From the NCBI GenBank assembly GCA_964016885.1, contig OZ024759.1, forward strand, positions 19,654,001 to 19,718,000: DNA of 64,000 bases, in the 5' to 3' direction. The notes beneath the pieces were generated by a model. That model was not told the DNA's origin and ran no database searches. It worked only from the letters and a program-made list of their open reading frames with translations. Shown piece by piece: positions 1-13,315 of the stretch. The translations under genes and the position numbers were made by a program. Positions within the stretch are counted from its first letter, which is position 1. Each line of letters opens with the position of its first letter. Origin of the DNA: Eledone cirrhosa (taxonomy: Eukaryota).

Positions 1-48
1 AATCTTGCTAAACAAATTCAGAAACGAAATATATATATATATATCTCA

Positions 49-660
49 TTACATTGCACAGATGGTTCTATAGAAATAGTGGACACCTTCCGTTACCTGG
101 GTGACAAAATCAGCAGTGGTGGAGGGTGCTCTGAAAGTACAGTAGCTAGTCAGAACGGGATGGAAAAAGTTCAGAGAGCTTATACCACTATTGGCCGCTA
201 AAGGTTTCTCTCTAAAAATGAAAGGCAGGCTGTATGATGCCTGCATACGAATAACAATGTTACATGGCAGTGAGACATAGGCATTACGTGCAGAGGATCT
301 ACGCAGACTGGAGAGGAACGAAGCTTGTATGCTCTGTTGGATGTGTAATAGTAATATACGTGAACGGCAAAGCATAAATGAACTAAGTGAGAAATTAGGA
401 ATAAGAGGGATCAGATGCTGTTTACTCGAGAGAAGACTACGTTGGAATGGTCACGTGATGCGCATGAAAGACGACAGCTGTATAAAAATGTGCAGGGCGA
501 TAAAAATAGACGGTAGCCACGGAGTAGGCAGACCCAGATAAATCTGGGACGACTTGATAAATTCCGACCTCACACACTTACACCTCTCCCAGACAATGTT
601 ACTGGACCGAGATCTTTGGCGCTACGCAGTAATACAGAAGACCCAATTTGCCTAAGTACA
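49..660 (+). mobile_element. RTE-clade LINE 3' fragment (degenerate C-terminal region downstream of the RT domain)
   Basis: Translates to FRYLG...LYDACIRITMLHGSET*A...RRLERNEA...RRLRWNGHVMRM...GRPR, the typical RTE ORF C-terminus; contains in-frame stops. Confidence 0.85.
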
Positions 661-789
661 AAGCGAAACCTACAGTCAGTAGGCACCTCTTACAAAAATA
701 CACCCCCGTCCCACTACCCCCACCCCCATCCACACCACCCCTTTCGATGTAAAGTTATGTTGGTACCACAACATCCAGTCCTAAATAAA

Positions 790-1041
790 TGAGGTCGTGT
801 AGGTGTCACGACAAAAAAACACACAGTCCACATTGTAATGTGGTCGTGTAGGTAACACGGTAAAAACTTCCCAGTCTACACTGTAAACGTGGTTGGTGTT
901 AGGAAGGGCATCCAGCCGTAGAAAACCCGCCAGACAGTCCTATACGAGCTAGACAACCACTCTTGCCTCAAGTGGGAAAATTCCCGTCCAAACCCATGCT
1001 AGCGTGGAAGATGGACGTTAAACGATGATGATGATGATGAT
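790..1041 (+). mobile_element. RTE-type 3' tail of SINE/LINE ending in (GAT)n
   Basis: GGTGTTAGGAAGGGCATCCAGCCGTAGAAA...CCCATGCTAGCGTGGAAGATGGACGTTAAACGATGATG; the same tail recurs many times in the window. Confidence 0.75.
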
Positions 1042-1042
1042 A

Positions 1043-1081
<39 letters not shown>

Positions 1082-1084
1082 GTG

Positions 1085-1200
1085 TCGGGTGATGTGTTGT
1101 TTCCTTGAGCAAGACACTTTATTTCACATTGCTCCAGTTTACTCAGCTGTAGAAATGAGATGATAGTGATTGGGGTTCCTATCATTCCACTGCAAAGCCA
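1085..1200 (+). mobile_element. CORE-like SINE internal fragment
   Basis: TGTGTTGTTTCCTTGAGCAAGACACTTTATTTCACATTGCTCCAG, shared with full copies at 29383 and 36088. Confidence 0.7.
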
Positions 1201-2471
1201 TGTAACTATCTACCTATCTATCTATCTTTGGATGTCTATATATGTGATTATATATCTATCTGCCTGTCTATCTATGTATTTATCGTACTCCTGGAGATGA
1301 GGGTTGCACATTTTTTCGACTAATTTTTAAATTGCATTTGTGATAATATTTTACACGTTTTTATTGTATGTAAACTTCCTCCTCTGTATTTGTCCCCTTC
1401 TTTTGTGCCCCTGTGGCTAATAAAGAAACGTATCTATGTATTTATCTGTCTGTCTGTCTGGAGAGAGGGGTGCTGTACCCCAGCAAGTTTTATGTGTTTG
1501 GCATGTGGATGTGTCTATGTCACCACCCATTACTGGGTAGATACTCTATTTCTGCATCGACCAAGAATGGGTCTAATGCCTGTCTCTGCTCTCCTTTGAT
1601 ATATTTCTTGTGTCATAATTTTTTTTTTTTTCTGTCATCATTCCCTAGGTTGTGGGGTTGTTGCTATTCCATTTCTGATTTTCATTCAGGGTTGGTTTAC
1701 TTTCTGTAATTTGTCTAAAGTCTATCTCAAGCTAGAATGCTTGTTAGGCCGGTGCTTATCCTGGTTTCAAGGCATGAATCGACTGAAGGTACAATATTTT
1801 CCCCCTGGACAGGATGCCAGTCCATTGCAGGGTTAAACCCTCAGCTATTGCTGGTACTCATTTTCAGCTGAGTATACTGAAGCAACATGAAAATGAAGTG
1901 TTTTGTTCAAGAACACAACACACAACCCAGCCTAGGAATCGAACCTACAATATTATGTGTATAAGTTCTATACCCACTCCCATAAGTATAATAAGTACCA
2001 GTCACAACCAATGGGTCCAATTTAGTTGACAATACCCCCGTCCGTTTCCATTAGCATGTGTCTTGTTTTGGAAGTCTTTACTAGTAGTTTCTTTTTACTG
2101 TACTGTGGCCATGCTGGGGCACGGCCTTGTAGAGTATTGCTGATTATTTAAAAACCGGGCAAGATTTGAACTTGTAAAGTTCAATGCTTTTCCAACTCTG
2201 CCACCTATCTGCACTGGGATAATTGCTGGCCTTGTGCCAAAAGTAGAAACAATTATGATTATTTTTTTATATATATATATTTTATTTTTATATTTTTTCA
2301 TTGTTAAATTGGTTTTGTTATTGTGTATTTTCACTCAATCTTATTGTAAACTCCCCATTGTCCCTGTCTTTGTATTGTCCCCTATATGTCGGCCCCTGTG
2401 GCCAATAAATGAAATCTTTATTATCATTATGTAATATGTAATCTTAATGTCTTCTTCTTTTGTTCTTGCAG

Positions 2472-5400
2472 TATTGCCACTGTGACTAATTCTTCGACGA
2501 AAACTTCTGTTGCCAAAGACAGTTTCACTCCAGCCTCCGAATTCTTTTCTGAACCGATATTTTCGCCCCCCGGTGTTAAGACTCGACTGCGTCGACAGTC
2601 TATGTACGTGAAGAAACCTACCGCAAATGTCACATTTTCAATTACAAAGCAGGACGTGAGTTTTACCCAGTCGAACACATCGTCTTCTTCGAGGCTGACC
2701 AAAATCTCAAGCCGTCAAAAGACTACTGTTAAACAGGCTATGACAACGACAGAGAGCCCCGTGCTGGTCGTCAACGATGGCCAGCCAATGGAAGGGGAGT
2801 TGGGAGAAGCGGCGGAATCGACGGTCAGTGAAGAAATCAGCAACGTCATTGACAATCTTCGCGATTCGAACCGCAAGCGCAAGACAGTAGAAGGTTCTGA
2901 AACAAAGGACAGCACAGTAGTTGTGAAATCTTTGAAGACTCTGGAGGAAGAGAAGCTGTCTTTGGTTAGGAGTTTGTCGTTGAGGGAGAAGTCGAGGGAC
3001 GTGGTGATTGAAGTGGATGCTTCTGCTTCCGAGAAGACGGAAGCTGTGGAAGCTTCGGCTGAGGTACAAGATGGTGATGTCAACCACAATAATGACGGCG
3101 ACAAAGAAGGAGATGTTGTTGTTGTTGTTGTTGATGATGATGATGATGATGATGATGATGCAGAGGAAGAGGTGGAGGAGGATGAAGGTGGAGATGCTGA
3201 GGAATCGTCTGTCGAGGTTAAAAAAAGCAAAAGAACGACAACGAAAAAGACGAAGAAGGTTGCTGCAAGGAGTAAAAGCAGATCTCCTGCTCCTGGGACA
3301 AGGAGGTCAACACGAAGGAGTGCTTCGAGGGCCAAAGTTGAACAGGTTGAGGCAACCGAAGAAGCAGAGGCAACCGAAGAAGCAGAGGCAACTGAAGAGG
3401 CAGAGATAACTGGAGGGGCAGAGGAAACTGAAGAAGAAGAGGCAACTGAAGAGGAAGAGGCAACTGAAGAGGAAGAGGCAACTGAAGAGGAAATAGCAAC
3501 CGAAGAGGTAGAGGCAACTAAAGAGAAGGCCAGAAGTAGCAGCAAAAAGATAAAATCAAGCAGCAGGCGAAGTAAGAAGAGGCATACCCCTTCTAGAAGA
3601 CAGGCAAGTGTGTCAAGCAAGGAATCTGTTGAGGAGACTACTACTATTCCAGTGAAGAAAGAGCGGAGATCACGATCATTGGGGCCTAAGAGTAAAGGAA
3701 AGACCCATGAAAAGGTGGTGGTAGAAGACAAACGGGCTGAAAGTACGCCCCAAAAAGAAAAATCCAAGAAGCGCGGCCGTTCCCAAAAGGCTACTTCTCA
3801 AAGCAAAGAGTCTCAACAATCGCCTGCTGTCCAGAAGCGTTCCCATAAAAAGTCCACTACGAGAAAATCAACTCCTTCGAGAAAGAGTACTCCTGCAAGG
3901 GAGGGCACTCCCGTGAAAAAGAGCACCCCTTCAAAGAAGGCCGCGCCTAGAGAAACAACTCCTGCAAGAAAGAGCTCCTCTACAAAAAAGGCTGCTATCA
4001 GAGAAACCACCCCTTCAAGAAAAGCTGCCCCTAAAGAAACAACCCCTTCCAGAAAGGCTGCCCCTAAAGAAACAGCTGTTGCGAAAAAGACTGTTTCTAA
4101 AGAAACAATTTCCGTCAGGGAAAGTACTCCTGCCAGAAAGGCTGCTGCAAAGGAGAGTACTCCTGCAAAGAAGGCCACTCCCTCTAGAGAGGCAACTCCT
4201 ACTAAAAAGAGTACTTCTACTAGAAAGTCGACTCCTGCTCGAGAAGCACGTGCAAAAAAGTCCGTGTCTAGAAAGAGTACTCCTGTTAGAAAGGCCACAC
4301 CTTCCAGAAAAGCTACGCCTTCCAGAGATTCTACTCCAGCTAGAAAAACCACACCTTCTAGAAAAACCACACCTTCAAGAGAAACCACACCTTCTAGAAA
4401 AACCACACCTTCAAGAGAAACCACACCTTCTAGAAAAACCACACCTTCAAGAGAAACCACACCTTCTAGAAAAACCACACCTTCAAGAGAAACCATCGAG
4501 AAAAGGGACTCATCTGTTAAGCGTGCAACACCTTCCAAGAAAAAGTCTCCATCGAAATCTATCAAGAAAAAGACGCTACGGAAATCTTCGCGGTCTCGGA
4601 GCAAATCGAAGAAAGTTAGCAAGCGCTCTTCTCCAAAGAAGAATGTCAGGAAGAAAGCATCGTCGACAGAAAAAGATTCCTTGGACACTCCTGATGCTCC
4701 TGATGCTGTCCCAGTGGAATCGGAAGCAGCTCCAGAAACCCTGGATACTCCTGCACCAACCACAGCAGTAAAGAGTAGCTCTTCAGTATCTACATTACTT
4801 ACAGGTCTCTTTAAGCATTTCGTCCCCAGCCAGAAAAAGGCGAAACTAGTTGAATCTAACACGACCACCACTACCATTACTACCACTACCGCTACTGCAT
4901 CTAGTGTTGACCCCACTACTACTACTGAGTCAGAAGACTCGGGGGAAGAGCTGAGAAGAAAGATACCAGCGGCTAAGCAACGGCATGCCCTAATTTCTTC
5001 GCCATTGCTTTCCAGCACACCAGATGCTCCCCTGATTCCGAAAACGTCTTTCGTCAGTAGACTTAAGGAGACAGCCTCAAGTCTGTCTCCGTTTGCTTTG
5101 AGCAAATCGTTCGAGTACAAGCGCTCCGTTGTTGCATCGGCGTGCAACCAGACTTTGGAGATTTCGCAGTCGATCGTACACCCAGAAACAGTTGAAGAAC
5201 GGTCCACGTCGGCGGTGACCAGCTTGATTGAGGAGCAGACAACAGTTGGCCTGAACCAGGCCCAACAGAACATTGATATAACCTCAGATGATGATAGGGA
5301 GAGATCTACCGCCCACAGGGCAGCTGAGGAGGACGAGCAGAAACATGAGGAAATAGTTCTCAACAAGAAAGAGGTACATTACGAGTCGCAGGAGTCGGAA

Positions 5401-6609
5401 ATGGATGAGGAGTCGATCGTTGATAATGAGTCTCAGCAGTCCAAGATGGATAAGGATGCCCACTATGAATCACAGGAATCTGAGATTGGTGCGGTTGTCC
5501 ACTATGAATCACAGGAGTCCGAGATTGATGAAGTGGAGAGTCCAGGCATTGAGAAAAGCGTTCACTATGAGTCGCAGGTTGAGACAGAGGAGGATGATTC
5601 CCAGGCCGAGGCAGAGGAAAGTTCCCAGGTAGAAACCGAAGGGGAAGACTCCCAGGCTGAGTCAGCGGAAGTCTCCCAGGTTGAAACCGAAGAGGAAGAC
5701 TCCCAGGCTGAGGCAGCGGAAGTCTCCCAGGTCGAAACCGAAGAGGAAGACTCCCAGGCTGAGGCAGAGGAGATTTCCCAAGTCGAAAGCAAAGAGGGAG
5801 ACTCCCAGGCTGAAACCGAGGAGGAAGACTCCCAGGCTGAAATGGCTGATATTTCCCAGGTGGAAACGGAGGACGAGCCATCCCATATTTATGCGGAGGG
5901 TAAAGAGGGTCTGGAAGTGGTGACGGTGACCAAGACGAGCAATGGAACCACGGAACTCTCCACAATCACCATGGATACAGCAGAGGCCGTCTCATCAACC
6001 ACCAGCAGAAACGTGACCGTCCACTACGAGTCTCAGGAATCCGAATTGGATGATGAGGAGGAGGAGGAGGAGGATGAGGAGGAGGAAGTGAAGGCAGTGG
6101 AAGATGCCACTGAAATGGTTGCCAGCAAGGGGGATGATGCTGAGGCGGAGGAGAAGGAGGAAGCAGATCATGATCATCAAGATAAGCGCGCCACCATTTG
6201 TGATTATTTCAGAAAGGAGATCATTGAAATCAATGACAAGGAAAACGATGACATCGTCCAGTCAAAGACCAAAGGGCAAAAGGAGTTGGAGCAGGAGGAG
6301 GAGGATGAAGAGGAAGAGGAAGAGGAGGAAGAAGAGGAAGATGTAATAGCGAAGATCAAAGCAGTGGCAGGCGTAAAGACGACCATGAAAACGACAACAA
6401 AGAGGACAATATTCAGCAGTATGGCTAGTTCAGTGGATGCTGAGAAACTGGACACGGCGGGCTTGTTTGACCACTCGGACGAGCCACCGCTGAAGAAGAC
6501 ACACACTGAGATGATAGACGAACAAATAGAAGAAGCAGACGAAGAAGATGTGAAAGCTACTTATGACTCCTACTATTCAGGTTATGGACTACGATGTACC
6601 ATCTTGTAA
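2472..6609 (+). CDS. Large (probably terminal) exon of an intrinsically disordered protein: acidic E/D tracts, K/R-rich TPxR/K repeats, SQ-rich repeats, C-terminal CaaX-like CTIL
   Basis: 4.1-kb stop-free frame with higher GC than its flanks. Strong acceptor TCTTCTTCTTTTGTTCTTGCAG ends at 2471, so the GTG at 2482 is not a true start. Stop TAA at 6607-6609. No upstream exon identified in the window. Confidence 0.85.
3850..4640 (+). repeat. Coding 18/36-bp tandem repeats encoding (S/T/A)TP(S/A)R(K/E)
   Basis: ACCACACCTTCTAGAAAA/ACCACACCTTCAAGAGAA alternation at 4348-4497 with degenerate copies upstream. Confidence 0.85.
5374..5870 (+). repeat. Coding acidic repeats (HYESQESE; 51-bp unit encoding [17 protein letters not shown])
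   Basis: Visible in translation and in DNA (TCCCAGG repeats). Confidence 0.8.
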
Positions 6610-6639
6610 GGAAACAGATGCACGCAAGTAGACAAAAGT

Positions 6640-6724
6640 AAACACATATATACACATGTATATAAACACACATACACATACACACACACACACGCACACA
6701 CACACATGTGTGTATATATATATT

Positions 6725-6758
<34 letters not shown>

Positions 6759-6889
6759 ATGTGTATATATATGTATATATATTTGTGTATATGTATATAT
6801 GTGTATATATATATATATACACATGAACACGAACAGATGAATACACACACACGTGTGTATATATATATTTATGTGTATATATGTATATA

Positions 6890-6923
<34 letters not shown>

Positions 6924-6952
6924 ATGTGTATATATATTTATGTGTATATATA

Positions 6953-6984
<32 letters not shown>

Positions 6985-7848
6985 CACATGAACAAGAACA
7001 GATGAATACACACACACATACACAAACAGATTTATACACACATGTAAAGAAATGCACACACACACACACACACACATGCATATACACATACACACACACA
7101 TTTACACAACCACCTACGCACGTACACACACACACACTTTCACAGATGCACTCATACACACACACATACACTTCCACAGAAACTGCAGTTGCATCAACTT
7201 CCTATTATTTGAAGTTTCTCATCTCGGCTGTCCTGAGACATCGACAGCAGAAAAAGCGAAGAAAAAAAAACACCCTGTCCACCCTGCACACCTCCTCCAC
7301 TTGTTCAACTCCCACTCCTTTCATACATGCTCTTATCCCTTCCAACCCCTCATATTTCTTCACACCCACCCTCACATACACACTAGAAGGCAGCGACTGC
7401 ATCAATGCTTTTTATATATAATTATTGTAACTTGTTGGGTATTTTTAAACTTTAGCATGCTGAAATTTTTTTTTATGAGTTGCTGCCCTTGACGCTGTAT
7501 TATGTGTTAAGGGGAGAATACTCTGTTGGCGACACAAGGCGCCTAAAGCGCGCTGGAGGTTAATGAAAACAACCCAGACATCAATAAGAACAACAGGAAC
7601 ATTAAGAATTTCGTCAGCATCATTATTATCATCATCATCATCCTCATCCTTTTCCTTGCCATTGTCATGACTAACATTACCACCACCACCACCACCACCA
7701 CCACCACTGCCATTACACTACTGTTACTACTACTACGAACAACATTACCAACTTCACCACCTACACTAACGGTACCAACATTATTGACATGGTTTAACTC
7801 AGCCAGTTGATTATGTTGAAATATAATGTATTGCTGTACATATATTTG

Positions 7849-7902
<54 letters not shown>

Positions 7903-7905
7903 AAC

Positions 7906-7943
<38 letters not shown>

Positions 7944-7995
7944 TGTATGTATGTGTATATATATATATATGTGTGTGTGTTTGTGCATATGTATA

Positions 7996-8027
<32 letters not shown>

Positions 8028-8202
8028 CGGACATACATACATGTATATCTGAGTGAACTGTGTTTTTAATCAAACATTTTTTAAATCTTTTAATTTTTTC
8101 TATTGTTTGTTCCACTTCTTTTTAGCCTTTTACTAGCTTGTACATTTTTCAAATACATCTATGTGTGTGTATATTTTTGTGTAAGTGTATATTGTATATA
8201 TA

Positions 8203-8288
<86 letters not shown>

Positions 8289-8415
8289 TATATACAACAC
8301 AGAAATATATATATGTACACACATATACATATATATATGTATACATATGTATATGTATATCTCTCTATATATATACGTATACATATATCTATATATGTGT
8401 ATATGTATATCTATC

Positions 8416-8446
<31 letters not shown>

Positions 8447-9474
8447 ATATATATATGAATTAAAATTGACAAAGGCGGTGTGTGGTTAATAATAAATAAT
8501 TGTTTTTACATTTGGCACAAGGCCAGCAATTACCCAGTGCATTACTGGTTAATAATAAATAATGTTTAGGAAATGCAAGAGACACACAAACATGAAGGAC
8601 AATTCCCCTCCTTGGGCTGTCTGCTGACCCACAACAGGCAGCTGAATAGCAGGACTAGTCCTTCTGTTTGTGTTTCTCTTGGTTTTCTAAACAATATATA
8701 TATATGTGCAGACATACGCACAATTATACATTTGCATATACATACATTTATATATACATACATTTATATACACATGCATACAGTTACATTGTAAAACATA
8801 TCGTTATACACATGCACACGAACATATATATATATATATGTATGTGTGTGTGGGTATGTATATATATATATATAAATGTATGTATATATATATATAAATG
8901 TATGTATATATATATGTATATATATATGTATATATATGTATATATATATGTATATATATGTATATGTATATATATATGTATATATATGTATATATATATA
9001 TGTATATGTATATATATATGTATATATATGTATATATATATATGTATATGTATATGTATATATATATGTATATATATATGTATATATATGTATATATATG
9101 TATGTATATATATATATATATGTATGTATATATATATATATGTATGTATATATATATATGTATATATATGTATGTATATATATATATGTATATATATGTA
9201 TGTATATATATATATGTATATATATGTATGTATATATATATATGTATGTATATATATATATGTATGTATATATATATATATGTATGTATATATATATATG
9301 TATGTATATATATATATGTATGTATATATATATATGTATGTATATATATATATGTATGTATATATATATATGTATGTATATATATATGTATGTATATATA
9401 TATATGTATATATATATATGTATTTTTAAAAATATATATGTATGTATATATATATGTATGTATATATATATATG

Positions 9475-9506
<32 letters not shown>

Positions 9507-9632
9507 TGTATGTATATATATATATGTATGTATGTAGATATAAATGTATATGTATGTAGATATAAATGTATATGTATGTAGATATAAATGTATATATATA
9601 TAGATATAATTGTATATATATAGATATAAATG

Positions 9633-9687
<55 letters not shown>

Positions 9688-9901
9688 GTGTATATATATA
9701 TATATAGATATAAATGTGTATATATATATATATATATAGATATAAATGTGTATATATATATATATATAGATATAAATGTGTATATATATATATATATAGA
9801 TATAAATGTGTATATATATATATATAGATATAAATGTGTATATATATATATATATGTAGATATATATATATATATGTAGATATATATATATATATACATT
9901 T

Positions 9902-9939
<38 letters not shown>

Positions 9940-9955
9940 TAGATATAAATGTATA

Positions 9956-9989
<34 letters not shown>

Positions 9990-10035
9990 CATACATATAC
10001 ATACATATATATATATATACATATATATATATTGT
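6640..10035. repeat. Compound (TA)n/(TATG)n/(CA)n microsatellite field with short unique stretches
   Basis: Direct inspection; source of the many YI/HT pseudo-ORFs. Confidence 0.95.
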
Positions 10036-10361
10036 ATTCTATTAACACACATACAATCCTACATCCTCTATCATACAATCTACCTACACATAAAACTCAC
10101 TTCTTGTTTGACAACACCACCACCAACACCCATAAAACCAACAGACATTGTGGTGTATAAATTTCCCCATTTGCTCATCCTGCTTCATAAAATTTTATTA
10201 ACATCGGCAAAAGTAAATAAAATATTTTCATCAATATTTCTCTTTCGTTTTTTTTTTTTTCTTTCTTTTTCTGTTTATTTATTCATTTATTTATTTATTT
10301 ATTTATTTGTTTGTTTATTTATTTATTCGCAATTATTATTATTATTGTTGTTTTGTTTTCA

Positions 10362-10915
10362 GGGCGGTGGATTGCCAGCAGTAATCGGTAGAGCGTAGGA
10401 CACTCTGCTTTGTAGCAGAAAGTTAGCGCTCTATACGTTCTGAGTTAAAATCCCGCCGGGGTTAGCTTTGCCTTTCCTCCTTACGGGGGTCGATAAAATA
10501 AAGTACCAGTAATGCACTCGGGTCGATTTAATCGACTTTCCCCTCTTCTAAAATTACTGGCCCTGTGCTTAAATGAGACCATTATTATTTTGTTGACTTT
10601 GCCTTTCATCCTTACGGGGTCGATAAAATAAAGTACCAGTAATGCACTGGGTAATTGCTGGCCTTGTGCCTAAAGTAGAAACAATTATTATTTTGTTGAC
10701 GCATAGAGTTACGGCCCTTGCCATTCTGAGTTCAAATCCCGCCGAGGTTAACTCTGCCTTTCATCCTTACGGGGGTCGATAAAATAAAGTACCAGTAATG
10801 TACTGGGTAATTGCTGGCCTTGTGCCAATAGTAGAAACAATTATTATTTTGGCGGTGGATTGGCAATATCGGTAGATCATCAGACTGCATGCTTTGTGGC
10901 ATATAGTTTCTAAAC
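10362..10915 (+). mobile_element. Cluster of tRNA-derived SINEs with Meta-like central domain
   Basis: B-box GAGTTCAAATCCCGCC; core GCCTTTCATCCTTACGGGGTCGATAAAATAAAGTACCAG; (ATT)n tail; about 3 copies. Confidence 0.8.
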
Positions 10916-10960
10916 ATAAGTTATATATATATATATATTGTTATACTTTGGAATGAAGTA

Positions 10961-11111
10961 CCGTATTTCCCGGCGCCGAGGACGCACTCAAATTTTGACA
11001 ACCAAAAATTAAAAAAAATATACTAAACAACCTTCGGCCTCCAGGACGCATGCTAGATTTTTGAGACTTATTTTAGGAGAAACGTAGCGTCTTCGGCCCT
11101 GGGAAATACGG
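10961..11111. mobile_element. Tc1/mariner (pogo-like) MITE
   Basis: TIRs CCGTATTTCCCGGCGCCGAGGACGC / GCGTCTTCGGCCCTGGGAAATACGG, with TA on both sides. Confidence 0.8.
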
Positions 11112-12134
11112 TAATATATATATATATATATATATAACCTTTCCCCCACCCCGGAAAAAAACCCCAGTTGATGGATGTGAATCCGAAATATATAGGGACT
11201 ATTAAATCTCTCCCAAGGTAACTCTCTCTTGTCTTGTTATTTTTATTTTTATCCTTTATACTCTTCCCTTCATTCTACACATCTCACACATCTTATACAC
11301 ACCACGCATCTCAACGTACACCGGACCTTGTTACCCGGAGATTTACCCATTTGCATTGTCGAGGCTTCCAAACGACTTAAAGATATTTACTTATTGTTCC
11401 ACAATGCTTCAAGCATATATATAATAGGTATTTCCGAAGAAAAAGCAAAGGGAAAAAAGAGTGCTCTATGTATAAAACAGAGCTGTTTAATTAGAAAGTG
11501 AACAACCCAATATTGTCTAGGATCCTGAAACCTTTGGTAATGGAGTAGTTATATATTGTGTTGTTCACTTTCTAAATAATATATATATATATATATATAG
11601 AACGACCGTGTCCCATAAACTAGCAGTTCGGCAGAACAAAGATCGATAAAATAAATATCAGGCAGAAAAATAAGTACTGGAGTTGATATGACCGACTAAA
11701 ATTCCTCTTAATGCAGATCTCCAGCATGGCCACAGTCTGACAAAAAGCGGTATAAGAATATAAGATTTTTAAAATAATTATTTTTGATAAGTAGATATGT
11801 ATTTGAACAGAAATCTGGAAAGCCTGGGAGATCACTCTAGTTGGAGAAGTTCAATTTTAAAGGGAAATAACTCTCAAACTCAGTTATTTCCTTTGAGTAC
11901 ATTTGATTAAAAAAATAATAGAAATTTTATTTTGATGTGTATATATATATATATATATATAAATAACATTATATATATATAATATATATGTATGTAGCGA
12001 GATAGTCAACAAGAAAGAATAAGAGCTCTCTATAAAAACAGCTAGCTTAGGTTACATGGCAAGTCTTGGGTTGCATACATACACACACACACACACATAT
12101 TTATGCAGAGATATAAATAAACGTACATATATAT

Positions 12135-12282
12135 TTCCTTGAGGAAGCACCCTAATTTTGATAACCAAAAATGGAGAAAAAAAAAAAAATGAAAACTGCA
12201 ACCTTCGGCTTTCAGGACATATGGTAGATTTTTGAGACTTATTTTAGGGAAAATGTAGCGTCTTCGACGCCGGGAAATACGG
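12135..12282. mobile_element. Truncated copy of the same MITE
   Basis: Right TIR GCGTCTTCGACGCCGGGAAATACGG and shared internal sequence. Confidence 0.7.
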
Positions 12283-13039
12283 TTTATAGAATGTTTATTT
12301 ATACATAGTATATATTATATTATTCATTGTATATTAATTAACGATTTTATTATATATCAACTAACAATTTTATTATATATTGGGTCGTCAAGTATGAAAT
12401 TTGTAGAAATTTGTTGTTTTTTTTTACAAATTTCATACTTGACCTAATATAATATTTATTTAAACATAGAATATATTATATTATTCATTATATATCAACG
12501 ATTTTATTATATATAATATTTATTTATACATATACTTATAATTGAATCAACGGTGGAGTCTGTACACGGTCGATGAAGCCGTTGGAATTAACAGCTAAAT
12601 CTATTTCAAATTTCATTATCAAACGGCCGAAATGGAGAATATATTATATTATTTATATAATATATTAATTACAACTAGCAGAAGAACCACCATTTGGGCG
12701 GTTTTTCTGCTAGCAGGTGTAGTATACATATTGATGTTATACGCAAATATACATGTATGTAGATATGATACGTCAAATAAAATCGTAATTGACAATATAC
12801 ACAGAAATTGTAGAGAGACTGTGTTACACTGTCTTCTGTAATCAGTAAAGTAATCCATGATACATTAAAAAAAGACGATATTATATATAAACTGCATTAC
12901 GGTGTATTGACATTTGAAAATTTTAAAAGAAGTGAATCTTAAAATAAGCAATCATTATATAAAAGAATATTTATGTTTAATCAACAGCCACGAAATTTAG
13001 TAGATAAATTATGTAATATTCATTAATTATTTTTTCAAA

Positions 13040-13315
13040 GTAATCGGACGCCATGCTTTCCAGCATAGAGTTACGGCCCTTTAAGGTCTGAGTTCAAATC
13101 CCGCCGAGGTTAACTTTGCCTTTCATCCTTACGGGGTCGATAAAATAAAGTACCAGTAATACACTGGGTAATTGCTGGCCTTGTGCCAAACATAGAAACA
13201 ATTATTAATATTATTTAACTTTGCCTTTCATCCTTACGGGGTCGATAAAATAAAGTACCAGTAATGCACTGGAATAATTACTGGCCTTGTGCCAAAAGTA
13301 GAAACAATTATTTTT
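13040..13315 (+). mobile_element. Meta-like tRNA SINE plus partial tandem copy
   Basis: Same B-box and core as 10362. Confidence 0.75.

Noticed and set aside
2715-5965. Long antisense ORFs (350, 517 and 201 aa)
   Set aside because: Shadows of the repetitive + strand exon, with no independent signals.
6557-10398. Long YI/HT/VC-rich ORFs here and at 32859-35785, 50339-53319, 56178-57384 and 59961-61822
   Set aside because: Translations of dinucleotide microsatellites, which lack stop codons.
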